Positions 17,348-25,933 of a stretch of 39,157 nt of DNA are shown here, piece by piece. The stretch is from Bacillota bacterium (lineage in GTDB: Bacteria; Bacillota; Limnochordia; DTU087). The notes under the pieces were generated by a model. The model had not been told where the DNA came from and made no database searches. It was given only the letters and a program-made list of their open reading frames with translations. The position numbers were made by a program, and so were the translations under genes. Where the stretch lies: the NCBI GenBank assembly GCA_012518905.1, contig JAAYRF010000006.1, forward strand, positions 1 through 39,157. The letters run 5' to 3'. How positions within the stretch are numbered: the first letter of the stretch is position 1; every line of letters starts with the position of its first letter.

Positions 17348-18562
17348 ATGGACATGCGTGTTAGAGCAGACGATTGCACAATCTGTGGAATTTGTGTAGC
17401 AGAATGTCTTTTTGATGCCATCAAAATGGGAGACGAGGGCCCTAAATTCAACGAAAGCTGTACTTTCTGTGGTGCATGCATCGAGGCTTGTCCTACCGGC
17501 GCAATTTATCAGGCAGAAGAAAGAGGGGATGCAGCTGAGCCCGCAGCGTCCACGGCACCCCATGACGGCAAGGCCCGGCATCAAGGTGTATGGGTATTTG
17601 CTGAACAGCACAACGGGAAGCTGGCCGGTGTAGTGATGGAGCTTTTAGGTGAAGGCCGGCGCTTAGCTGATAGATTGGGCCAGCCGCTAGGATGCGTACT
17701 TTTGGGTGATGGAGTAGAACAGCTTTCCCATGAGCTCATGGAATATGGTGCCGATCAGGTATATCTAGCTATGGATCCGCAGTTGGAATCATACCGTGAC
17801 GATCTATATGCTCAAGTGATTGAGCATATAGTGAGTAAGTACCGACCCACGATCTTTCTTTTGGGGGGAACTGCCAATGGCCGGTCCTTAGCTCCTCGGG
17901 TAGCAACCCGTTTAAGAACAGGTCTTACTGCTGACTGCACAGGCTTTGATCTAGACGAGGAAGGCAATTTGCTGCAGACTCGGCCGGCTTTCGGCGGCAA
18001 TTTGATGGCCACCATAAGATGTCCGAATCACAGGCCTCAGATGGCTACAGTGAGGCCTAAGGTGTTTGAGGCAGCTGCGAGACAGCCTGATCGGAGGGGC
18101 GAGGAGATAGTTGTGGATTTGCCCAGCCTCAATCCTTGGGTGCGGATTATCGAGATAGTAGAGGAAAGCGCCATTGGGCCAAACCTAGCGGAAGCCGATA
18201 TCGTAGTGGCCGGTGGCCGGGGTCTTGGTAGCCCTGATAAGTTGCGTCTTGTCGAAGATTTGGCCAAGGCTCTTGGCGGAGCAGTAGGGGCCTCCCGAGC
18301 AGTGGTGGATGCCGGTTGGATCGGATACCCACACCAGGTTGGTCAGACAGGTCGCACCGTCGCCCCTAAACTGTATATTGCCTGTGGCATTAGCGGAGCC
18401 ATTCAGCACTTGGTTGGTATGCAGTCCGCGGATGTCATAGTTGCCATCAATAAGGATCCCGATGCTCCCATATTCAGCGTGGCTACCTACTGTATCATCG
18501 GTGAAGTTGAGGAGGTAATTCCGGCTCTGATTCAGGAGATCAAAAACAGAAATCGGGCTTGA
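17348..18562 (+). CDS. etfA: Electron transfer flavoprotein, alpha subunit, with an N-terminal 2x[4Fe-4S] ferredoxin domain
   Basis: There are two CxxCxxCxxxC motifs (CTICGICVAEC, CTFCGACIEACP). The EtfA core follows, with the FAD motif PKLYIACGISGAIQH. The start is the ATG at 17348, after AGGAGG. Confidence 0.9.
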   Translation: MDMRVRADDCTICGICVAECLFDAIKMGDEGPKFNESCTFCGACIEACPTGAIYQAEERGDAAEPAASTAPHDGKARHQGVWVFAEQHNGKLAGVVMELLGEGRRLADRLGQPLGCVLLGDGVEQLSHELMEYGADQVYLAMDPQLESYRDDLYAQVIEHIVSKYRPTIFLLGGTANGRSLAPRVATRLRTGLTADCTGFDLDEEGNLLQTRPAFGGNLMATIRCPNHRPQMATVRPKVFEAAARQPDRRGEEIVVDLPSLNPWVRIIEIVEESAIGPNLAEADIVVAGGRGLGSPDKLRLVEDLAKALGGAVGASRAVVDAGWIGYPHQVGQTGRTVAPKLYIACGISGAIQHLVGMQSADVIVAINKDPDAPIFSVATYCIIGEVEEVIPALIQEIKNRNRA

Positions 18563-18574
18563 TGACCTGTTTAC

Positions 18575-19759
18575 TCAGTTAGCTAGCTGGGAGCCCAGGT
18601 AGGCTACGAAATCTTGCGCTTCGGGCATCTGGGCGGTGGTAGGTACGATGACTAAGGCTAGACGCTGTCGCCATGGGATGTCCGGCCAGAGGGTAAAAAC
18701 AAGCTGTGTGCTCCCACCGGAGCCAGCTTGTAAACGATTCCTCGTCCAGTTGGCTTCCAGCTCATAGGCTAGTTCCGTTGGCACTAGCATGATATCAGGC
18801 AGGTTCCTTGTTATGTAGGCCCTGTGTACCTCTAGGGAGAGTTCTATCTGATTCAAGCCCTGGATCACAGGGCCTTTTTGAGCGTAGTTGGCGATTAAAG
18901 CCTGAATCAAGGAAGCTTCAGGTTCGACGGCTTCGTACCAGAAGACAAGGTGTTTGGGTTTTGAAGCAACATCGGGTTCGGCCGGTGATAATACTCTTCG
19001 AGCTGACGGCAAGAGCAAGGAGCCGACTATGAGCATGACCATGATACCGCCGGTGAAATAAAGCCATTTGTTGGTTGAGCTGGATATTTTCGGCTCGGGT
19101 TGTAAGGCTGGATCGGACACTCTCCGCAGGTCAGAAGAGACCATCTCTTTCCACCGCTGCTTCCGTTCTATGAGGGATGTCTTTTTGATCTCTAGGTATT
19201 GGCGCTGGTCATAAAGCCAATCTTCTTTAACTGGTTGGCTTTCTCTTTCTAGCAGACTCCTGTAATCGAAATCGGTTAGGCGACGAAGGTAGAAGAGAAA
19301 GAAGTGCCACCAGATGCTGCCTAAGAGCCAAAGAACCAATGTAGCTAGCATGGGAGCAAGGGAGACCATGGGTGAGGCAAGAAAAATCCCAAAGATCAAA
19401 GGAGCTGCAGGTGCTAAAGCGAAGGCAGCAGCCATAGGACCTCGTCGGTAGTTTTGCTCGCCCCACTGGGCCGAATGGGCAGCGATCAAAGATAGCAGGG
19501 AAGCGACTAGCATGAGTGGGGTCCAAAGCGCAACAGCTTTGCACAAAGCAGATAGTCGCCCAAGAAAGGCTCCTGTACCACTAAATAAGGCACTAACGAC
19601 CCATGGACAGATAACCAAGAGAAGAATAGTCTCTCCTGCTAGTAAGCCGGCGATACTTAGGGCTTTCCAGCCCGTCCGAATGAGCAGGGTGGTGGTCAGC
19701 CATTCACGGCAGTGTCTGAGATGTTTATCATCCGGACATTGATCAGCATGGTTCATCAT
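18575..19759 (-). CDS. Hypothetical multi-pass membrane protein with a C-terminal extracytoplasmic domain
   Basis: The ORF is long, with 4-5 predicted TM helices, a charged linker, one further TM helix and a ~130-aa tail. I trimmed the start to the ATG at 19759, because the ORF-track start at 19828 would place an intrinsic terminator (19779-19814) inside the gene. GGGAGAG lies 10 nt upstream. Confidence 0.6.
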   Translation of the reverse strand: MMNHADQCPDDKHLRHCREWLTTTLLIRTGWKALSIAGLLAGETILLLVICPWVVSALFSGTGAFLGRLSALCKAVALWTPLMLVASLLSLIAAHSAQWGEQNYRRGPMAAAFALAPAAPLIFGIFLASPMVSLAPMLATLVLWLLGSIWWHFFLFYLRRLTDFDYRSLLERESQPVKEDWLYDQRQYLEIKKTSLIERKQRWKEMVSSDLRRVSDPALQPEPKISSSTNKWLYFTGGIMVMLIVGSLLLPSARRVLSPAEPDVASKPKHLVFWYEAVEPEASLIQALIANYAQKGPVIQGLNQIELSLEVHRAYITRNLPDIMLVPTELAYELEANWTRNRLQAGSGGSTQLVFTLWPDIPWRQRLALVIVPTTAQMPEAQDFVAYLGSQLAN

Positions 19760-19778
19760 TTGCGTGTCACTCTCCCGA

Positions 19779-19814
19779 CAAAAAGAGCCGGAGAAGACGG
19801 AACACTCTCCGGCT
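19779..19814 (-). terminator. Intrinsic terminator after the small Gln-rich gene
   Basis: On the - strand a 9-bp stem pairs AGCCGGAGA with TCTCCGGCT and is followed by CTTTTTG. Confidence 0.65.
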
Positions 19815-19857
19815 GATAGGTACATCAATCGCTGGTGTTTGCTTGGTCTTCTGTTGC

Positions 19858-20031
19858 CTACCTACTGGGTTTGGTCTCTTTCATCTTCTTGGCCATCTTC
19901 TGGGTTTGAGATTGAGGGTTAGTCAGGGACTCGCTCAACTCAAATTGAGCTCTTTGCTGACCGGCCTGCTGGGCTTGTTGAGAGACTTGCTGGTTCTGCT
20001 GATTCTGGTTGTCACGTTTGGATTTGGCCAC
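19858..20031 (-). CDS. Small Gln-rich protein, gamma-type SASP-like (57 aa)
   Basis: A GTG at 20031 lies 10 nt after AGAGGAGG. The product is VAKSKRDNQNQQNQQVSQQAQQAGQQRAQFELSESLTNPQSQTQKMAKKMKETKPSR, and the gene has its own terminator. The function is inferred from composition and motif only. Confidence 0.5.
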   Translation of the reverse strand: MAKSKRDNQNQQNQQVSQQAQQAGQQRAQFELSESLTNPQSQTQKMAKKMKETKPSR

Positions 20032-20064
20032 GTAAATGGCGCCTCCTCTATTCGATATGGGGCT

Positions 20065-20093
20065 TTGCTGTAACAAACTTGCCCAGGTATATT
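20065..20093 (+). promoter_or_regulatory. Candidate sigma-A promoter for nfo
   Basis: TTGCTG-17 nt-TATATT, located about 70 nt upstream of the nfo ATG. Confidence 0.4.
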
Positions 20094-20163
20094 ATCCCTG
20101 GCTCGATATTGTGACATACTGGTAGAGTACTCATGCTTTGGAAGATACTGGAGGGATGAAAAT

Positions 20164-21006
20164 ATGATCATTGGTGCCCATCTATCGATTGCTAAGGGAA
20201 TGCCGGTCGCCATAGACCAAGCCCAATCCATTGGGGCCAACGCGTTTCAATTTTTTACCCGCAACCCCCGGGGCGGAAAAGCCCGGGATATCCCTGTGGA
20301 AGAGATGGAAGAGTTTCAGACATACCGCATCAGTGCAGGGATCAAGTACGTAGTCGGGCATATGCCGTATACTATCAATTTGGCCACCAATCGGCCGGAT
20401 ATTCATCGTTTTGGGATGGTAACGCTTTTGGAGGATCTAAGGCGCTTCAATGAGGCCGGTGTTGAGCACCTGGTACTGCACCCTGGTAGCCATCTTGGCG
20501 ATGGACCCGAGGCAGGTATCGTGCGGATAGCGGAGGCTCTGACTTACGTCTTTGATAATTACCAGGGACAGACCCGGTTGCTTTTGGAGACTATGGCCGG
20601 ACAAGGTACAGAGATTGGTTCTAGCTTTGATGAGCTAGAGGCGATATTCAGAGCCTTGGATTGGCCAGACGAGATGGGCTTAGGTTTGGATAGCTGCCAT
20701 TTGTTTGCGGCAGGCTATGATATAACTACTGATGAAGGCCTCGATAGGATAGTGGATCTAATCGACAAGAAGCTAGGTTGGCATCGGGTAGGAATGATGC
20801 ACCTTAATGATTCTAAGCAAGGGTTGGGCAGTGGTAGTGACCGGCATGAAAAGATCGGGCAGGGGATGATTGGACTAGACGGTATAGCCACCATCATTAA
20901 CCACCCGGTTTTTGGGGATCTTCCCTTCGTATTGGAGACTCCGGTAAAGGACTATTCAGAATACGGTGAGGAGATCCAGGTTGTGCGCCAGCTTAGAAAG
21001 TTATAG
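20164..21006 (+). CDS. nfo: Deoxyribonuclease IV (endonuclease IV)
   Basis: The protein is Nfo-like along its full length (IGAHLSIAKG...ANAFQFFTRNPRGG...HLVLHPGSH...DSCHLFAAGYD...HLNDSK). The RBS is GGAGGG. Confidence 0.92.
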   Translation: MIIGAHLSIAKGMPVAIDQAQSIGANAFQFFTRNPRGGKARDIPVEEMEEFQTYRISAGIKYVVGHMPYTINLATNRPDIHRFGMVTLLEDLRRFNEAGVEHLVLHPGSHLGDGPEAGIVRIAEALTYVFDNYQGQTRLLLETMAGQGTEIGSSFDELEAIFRALDWPDEMGLGLDSCHLFAAGYDITTDEGLDRIVDLIDKKLGWHRVGMMHLNDSKQGLGSGSDRHEKIGQGMIGLDGIATIINHPVFGDLPFVLETPVKDYSEYGEEIQVVRQLRKL

Positions 21007-21096
21007 GCACCGATATTAGTGCAGGAGTTCTATCGTTAGGGTAGAATATGTGCCATAGCCGCTTGGAAGCTGGCTATTAGACAATTGCATACAACA

Positions 21097-21262
21097 GCCC
21101 TTAGGTGCCCTCACTTGGGGGAGAATAGGGAAGCTGGGCGAGTGCATGCAGCTCGTAACCACGCGGTCGCGCCACTGTGCTGGGGAGTAGTCATCATTCA
21201 CCGACGATTTGAGGGAAGGATGCGGCAATCATGATGAACCAGCAGCCAGGAGACCTGCCTAG
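21097..21262 (+). promoter_or_regulatory. Cobalamin (B12) riboswitch aptamer
   Basis: The conserved blocks appear in order: AGGTGCC, AATAGGGAAG, GCCACTGT and the B12 box AGCCAGGAGACCTGCC (21244-21259). It lies upstream of btuF-like transporter genes. Confidence 0.8.
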
Positions 21263-21354
21263 GGGCAACGACTATGACCTTCGCGAAAAAGGGGATGGTA
21301 CGCATGAGCCATAACAGGCCTATGTTCTAGGTTGGTCCTGTCGGCTACCTCAGT

Positions 21355-21385
21355 CCTCTAACCTAAGTGGGGAGAGGATTTTTTG
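21355..21385 (+). terminator. Riboswitch expression-platform terminator
   Basis: The stem pairs TCCTCT(AACC) with (GG)GGAGAGGA and is followed by TTTTTT, immediately before the btuF-like RBS. Confidence 0.55.
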
Positions 21386-21418
21386 TACCAAAATAAGTCT
21401 ATTCGAGAGGTGTTTGCT

Positions 21419-22339
21419 ATGAGGCATAAAGATACAGAGCTGAAGCTGGCACTTTTTAGCTTGCTAGCGGTGATGTGTTTAATACTGGGAAGTAGCACTT
21501 TGGCTATGCCAAGCAAGGCAGCCTCCTTCCCGTTGACAATCATTGATGGCCTGAATCGTGAGGTCACGGTACCCCGTCCCCCACAACGGTTAGTTGCCCT
21601 TACTCCTAGTATTACAGAGAATCTTTTTGCTTTGGGTTTAGGGGATAAAGTAGTGGGAGTAAGTAGCTACAGCGATTATCCACTTGCTGCTCAAAACATA
21701 CCCGTGGTAGGAGATGCTTTCCAGCTCAACTATGAACAGATCCTGCTTCTCGAACCGGATCTGATCGTGGGTGATGCTCAGCTAGTGAGCAACCATATGG
21801 CAAAACTAGAGGAACTTGATTTGCCTCTCCTTGCCATCAACCCTACGAATCTCCAGGAAGTCATGGAGGATCTGCTTATCATAGGGAAAGCCACCGATGC
21901 CCTTGGTGCTGCCCAGCAGGTTATAGATGAGATGCAGGTCAAGATCCAGCATGTCCAAGGTGTTGTAGCCGATCTCCCCGAGACAGTCCGACCTTTGGTT
22001 TTCGTGGAAGTGTGGGATGAGCCTCTGATGACATGCGGACCTGGCAGTTTCATGCAGGAGTTGATTGAACTGGCCGGCGGGAGAAACCTAGCTGCTGATG
22101 CTGACAGTTCGTGGGTAGAGTATAGCAGTGAACTCGTGGTTGAGCGGGATCCAGAGGTTATTTTGCTCACCCGGCCATATGTTGGTGAGGTGATGGCTAG
22201 AAGCGCTTGGCAGGAAATTCGAGCTGTTAAGAATGGCAGAGTAGTGGCTGTTGATTCAGATCCCTTTGTGAGGACGACCCCCCGATTAGCCGATGCCTTG
22301 GTAGAGCTAGTCGGTATTCTCCATCCAGACAGCTTCTAA
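21419..22339 (+). CDS. btuF: Cobalamin/siderophore-type ABC transporter substrate-binding protein (BtuF-like)
   Basis: The protein has a signal peptide and a periplasmic-binding-protein cluster A fold signature (RLVALTPSITENLFALGLGDKVVGVS...). It is controlled by the B12 riboswitch. The start is the ATG at 21419, after GAGAGGTG. Confidence 0.85.
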   Translation: MRHKDTELKLALFSLLAVMCLILGSSTLAMPSKAASFPLTIIDGLNREVTVPRPPQRLVALTPSITENLFALGLGDKVVGVSSYSDYPLAAQNIPVVGDAFQLNYEQILLLEPDLIVGDAQLVSNHMAKLEELDLPLLAINPTNLQEVMEDLLIIGKATDALGAAQQVIDEMQVKIQHVQGVVADLPETVRPLVFVEVWDEPLMTCGPGSFMQELIELAGGRNLAADADSSWVEYSSELVVERDPEVILLTRPYVGEVMARSAWQEIRAVKNGRVVAVDSDPFVRTTPRLADALVELVGILHPDSF

Positions 22340-22359
22340 GGAAGTGTGATTAGTGTATC

Positions 22360-23145
22360 ATGACCAACAGCCTGGTTGTTCAAAATCTGAGTTTTGCCTA
22401 TGGCGAATGGCCGGTTATCAAGAATGTCAACTTGTCTGTAAAAGGTGGAGAGATTCTTGGAATAATCGGTCCCAACGGGTCAGGGAAATCCACGCTACTA
22501 AAGCTGATTAGCCGGGTTTTGGTGCCAGATCAGGGAAGGGTATTTATTAACGGCGAGGATGTCAGCCTCTGGTCCCGGCGTCGGCTGGCTAGGACTCTGG
22601 CTGTAGTACCTCAAGATAACCAGATACAATTCGATTTCACAGCAGGTGAAATAGTGGACATGGGCAGGAGCCCGTATCTGGGCCGGTTCCAAGCAATGTC
22701 TTCCCGCGATCGACAGGCAGTGAAGGTTGCCATGCGGGCTACCGGCACAACGACCTTAGCAGAGCGTTCGGTAATGGAGCTTTCTGGAGGAGAACGGCAA
22801 CGAGTCATTATTGCACGGGCTCTGGCACAAGAACCCCAAGTGCTTTTGCTAGACGAGCCTACGGCCTCTTTGGACATAAATCATGAGGTGGAGATATTTC
22901 AGCTACTGCGGCACTTGACGGCCAGGAGACAACTGGTGACCATCGCGGTTTTGCACGATCTCAACCTGGCAGCAGAGTACTGTGACAATCTTCTATTGCT
23001 ATCGGCAGGGGCGGTGACTGCTTGGGGAACAGTCGAGGAAGTGCTGACATCAAGCAATATCTCATCGGTATACGGCCTCGATGTAGCTATCTACGAGAAT
23101 CGAGTTACAGGTCGCCCCCACGTTCAGCCCTTGCCCCGTAATTAA
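22360..23145 (+). CDS. btuD: ABC transporter ATP-binding protein (BtuD/FecE-like)
   Basis: Walker A (GPNGSGKST), the ABC signature (LSGGERQR) and Walker B (LLLDEP) are all present. Confidence 0.9.
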   Translation: MTNSLVVQNLSFAYGEWPVIKNVNLSVKGGEILGIIGPNGSGKSTLLKLISRVLVPDQGRVFINGEDVSLWSRRRLARTLAVVPQDNQIQFDFTAGEIVDMGRSPYLGRFQAMSSRDRQAVKVAMRATGTTTLAERSVMELSGGERQRVIIARALAQEPQVLLLDEPTASLDINHEVEIFQLLRHLTARRQLVTIAVLHDLNLAAEYCDNLLLLSAGAVTAWGTVEEVLTSSNISSVYGLDVAIYENRVTGRPHVQPLPRN

Positions 23146-23161
23146 GAAAGCGGGTTTTGAG

Positions 23162-24226
23162 GTGGTCAATCTGGGTAACACATCAGTAACAGGTCGTAGT
23201 CAGCGGTGGGTACTGACGCTCGTCACATTAGGTTTGCTGCTTGTGATAGTTATGGCGATAGCTGCTGCCACTGGCCCCGCTCAAATCAGGGCAGTTGATG
23301 TGGCTAAGATGCTCATCCAAAGGCTGCCAGGCGTTTCCACTCCCCAACAGGAGAACTGGCCCGCCTCCCATAGTGTCATCGTTTTCCGAGTACGCCTCCC
23401 TCGGATAATCTTGGCAGCAATGGTGGGGGGAGGGCTTGCCATGGCAGGGGCCACCTATCAAGGGCTGCTGCAAAATCCCATGGCCGATCCATATATTATC
23501 GGCATATCTGCTGGCGCCTCATTGGGTGCCGCTGTGGGTGTAATCCTTCGGGGTAGATTCGCCTTCTTCGGACTATCCACCATCACTTTGATGGCCTTTG
23601 GCGGCGCTTTGCTTACTGCCTTTGTTGTGTACAATATTGCCAGGATTGGTGGTCGTGTACCTATCACGACCTTGCTCTTGGCGGGGGTCGCAGTTAGCGC
23701 GCTGCTTTCTGCCGTTGTGTCATTTTTGATGGTATCAGCCAGCCAATCCTTGCACGAGATTGTATATTGGATGATGGGCAGTCTGTCTGGTAGGGGTTGG
23801 GCCCATGTGCGGGCAAGCCTTCCGTATCTAGCAATAGGTGGTCTGGTGGTATTGGTCTATGCTCGAGAGCTGAACATAATGCTTCTGGGGGAAGAGACTG
23901 CGGAGAATCTTGGTGTCAATGTAGAGCTAACAAAGGTGGTCTTACTCACGGCAGGTTCACTTATGGCTGCGGCAGCTGTGTCAGTAAGCGGTATAATCGG
24001 GTTTGTTGGGCTGATCATTCCTCATACAGTTCGGCTTTTGACCGGGCCGGATCATCGGATTCTCCTGCCCACAACGGCCCTGGTTGGTGCTATCTTTTTG
24101 GTTGTGGCTGATACGATAGCCCGCACCATTCTGGCTCCGGCGGAACTGCCGGTGGGTATTATTACTGCTTTAGCCGGAGCTCCCTTTTTTCTCTACCTCT
24201 TGCGTCGGCAGCAAGGCAAGAGCTAA
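23162..24226 (+). CDS. btuC: FecCD-family ABC transporter permease (BtuC-like)
   Basis: The 354-aa polytopic protein has FecCD motifs (RLPRIILAAMVGGGLAMAGATYQGLLQNP...GIIGFVGLIIPH). The start is GTG. Confidence 0.88.
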   Translation: MVNLGNTSVTGRSQRWVLTLVTLGLLLVIVMAIAAATGPAQIRAVDVAKMLIQRLPGVSTPQQENWPASHSVIVFRVRLPRIILAAMVGGGLAMAGATYQGLLQNPMADPYIIGISAGASLGAAVGVILRGRFAFFGLSTITLMAFGGALLTAFVVYNIARIGGRVPITTLLLAGVAVSALLSAVVSFLMVSASQSLHEIVYWMMGSLSGRGWAHVRASLPYLAIGGLVVLVYARELNIMLLGEETAENLGVNVELTKVVLLTAGSLMAAAAVSVSGIIGFVGLIIPHTVRLLTGPDHRILLPTTALVGAIFLVVADTIARTILAPAELPVGIITALAGAPFFLYLLRRQQGKS

Positions 24227-24422
24227 GTAGTTTTCTGCGCATAGCATGGTGCCATAGGGAGGATGTTAAGATACAGAGACGGGCCCGAAGATATATGTCC
24301 TGCTTAGTATATGGTTCTAGGCTATTGTGTGCTATAATAAAATGGCAATTGTGTTGTTTGTGGGAATTTTGTGAAGGGAGGTAAGCCGCTTTGGGATTCC
24401 ATGTGCTAGAGCGGCTATAACT

Positions 24423-25856
24423 ATGCAAAAAACTCCTCAGAAAATCAAGTTCGGCACCGATGGCTGGAGAGCCGTAATGTGTGACACGTTTACCTTCGCC
24501 AATGTACGCCTGGTCGTACAGGCTATAGCAAGTTATATACATGATTCCGGCAAGGCCCACAAAGGGGTAGTCATTGGCCATGATGCCCGGTTTTTGGCGG
24601 AGCGATTCGCTGAAGAGGCGGCCAAAGTCATGGTGGCAAACGGCATCAAAGTTCTCATGTTTAATGAGGATGCACCTACGCCGGTTGTGGCATACGCCGT
24701 CACCCTTTACCAAACCGCAGGGGCTGTCATGTTTACAGCCAGCCATAATCCACCGGAGTATAATGGCATCAAGTACATACCTGAGTACGGTGGACCAGCC
24801 TCTACAGATATCACTGGCGCTATCGAGTCCAATCTAAACAAGCTTACGAGTGTATCCGCGGACAGCGTGGATTTGGAGATTGCCCGACAGCAAGAGAGAT
24901 TACAGCTTATTGATCCCCGCGGCGAGTATTTTGACCATATTAGTCGACTAGTCGATTTTGATGCAATTCAACAGAGTGGTTTGCGGTTAGTTTGCGATCC
25001 CATGTATGGATCTGGCCGCCACTATCTCCCGGAAATCTTAGCCGTGAATGGTTGCCAAGTGGAGACAATCCGGGGATATCGGGATCCGTTGTTCGGTGGT
25101 GGTTTGCCGGAACCAACGGAGAAAGAGTTGACACCTCTGATAGACAAAGTTAAGGCTACCGGCAGCCATCTTGGTTTGGCCACCGACGGGGATGCCGATC
25201 GATTTGGCGTCATCGATGGTACCGGCCGGTACATTACCCCCAACCAGGTCATTGCTTTATTGCTTGTTCACCTGGTGGAGAGAAGGGGGTACACTGGTGC
25301 TGTTGTACGGACAGTGGCAACCACCCATTTGCTAGATCGATTGGCGGAAAAGTATGGCTTGGAGCTAATCGAGACTCCGGTTGGGTTCAAGTACATATGC
25401 GAGCTGATGCGCAGGCAATCGGTGGTTATCGGTGGAGAAGAAAGTGGTGGGCTGAGTATTGGTCACCACATCCCGGAAAAAGATGGTATCCTGGCAAATC
25501 TTCTTATGGCTGAAATGCAAGCCACTCGAGGTAAAGCGCTGGGTGAAGTACTAACGGATATTATGAATGACGTGGGCTTTTTTTATAGCCGACGTATTGA
25601 TCTTCGCTACCCGGAGGTAAAGAAGGCAAGTTTGGTTAAAACCCTTGCTAGCGCGCCTCCTCCTCGGATAGCTGGTAGAAGCGTAGAGCGGGTTATTGAC
25701 ATTGACGGTGCGAAGCTTGTTCTTGAGGATGGAAGCTGGTTCTTAGTGCGCCCATCGGGCACAGAACCTTTACTGCGTGTGTATATCGAGGCTAGCTCTG
25801 AGACGATAGTAGAAGAACTGGCAGTTGCCGTGCGGGAATTCGTGGAGAGCCACTAA
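24423..25856 (+). CDS. Phosphoglucomutase/phosphomannomutase-family protein (alpha-D-phosphohexomutase)
   Basis: The active-site loop (TASHNPPEYNGIKY), the metal-binding loop (DGDADR) and the sugar loop (GGEESGG) are present. An extended -10 (TGcTATAAT, 24330-24338) lies upstream. Confidence 0.88.
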   Translation: MQKTPQKIKFGTDGWRAVMCDTFTFANVRLVVQAIASYIHDSGKAHKGVVIGHDARFLAERFAEEAAKVMVANGIKVLMFNEDAPTPVVAYAVTLYQTAGAVMFTASHNPPEYNGIKYIPEYGGPASTDITGAIESNLNKLTSVSADSVDLEIARQQERLQLIDPRGEYFDHISRLVDFDAIQQSGLRLVCDPMYGSGRHYLPEILAVNGCQVETIRGYRDPLFGGGLPEPTEKELTPLIDKVKATGSHLGLATDGDADRFGVIDGTGRYITPNQVIALLLVHLVERRGYTGAVVRTVATTHLLDRLAEKYGLELIETPVGFKYICELMRRQSVVIGGEESGGLSIGHHIPEKDGILANLLMAEMQATRGKALGEVLTDIMNDVGFFYSRRIDLRYPEVKKASLVKTLASAPPPRIAGRSVERVIDIDGAKLVLEDGSWFLVRPSGTEPLLRVYIEASSETIVEELAVAVREFVESH

Positions 25857-25933
25857 TAGTATCCGCCTCTGATCCACATAGTCTTTAGCCCTACAGGCAT
25901 ACTAAGTAAAAGCCTGTGAGGGAGGACATGGTC

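Noticed and set aside
19760-19828. The N-terminal extension of the membrane-protein ORF (ORF-track start at 19828).
   Set aside because: The extension contains the stem-loop and T-run terminator of the upstream mini-gene. The ATG-ATG at 19759/19756 follows a GGGAGAG RBS.
19843-20073. The Leu-rich 76-aa ORF on the + strand, opposite the Gln-rich mini-gene.
   Set aside because: It is the CAG/CAA to CTG/TTG mirror image of the - strand gene. Only the - strand has a GGAGG RBS and a downstream intrinsic terminator.
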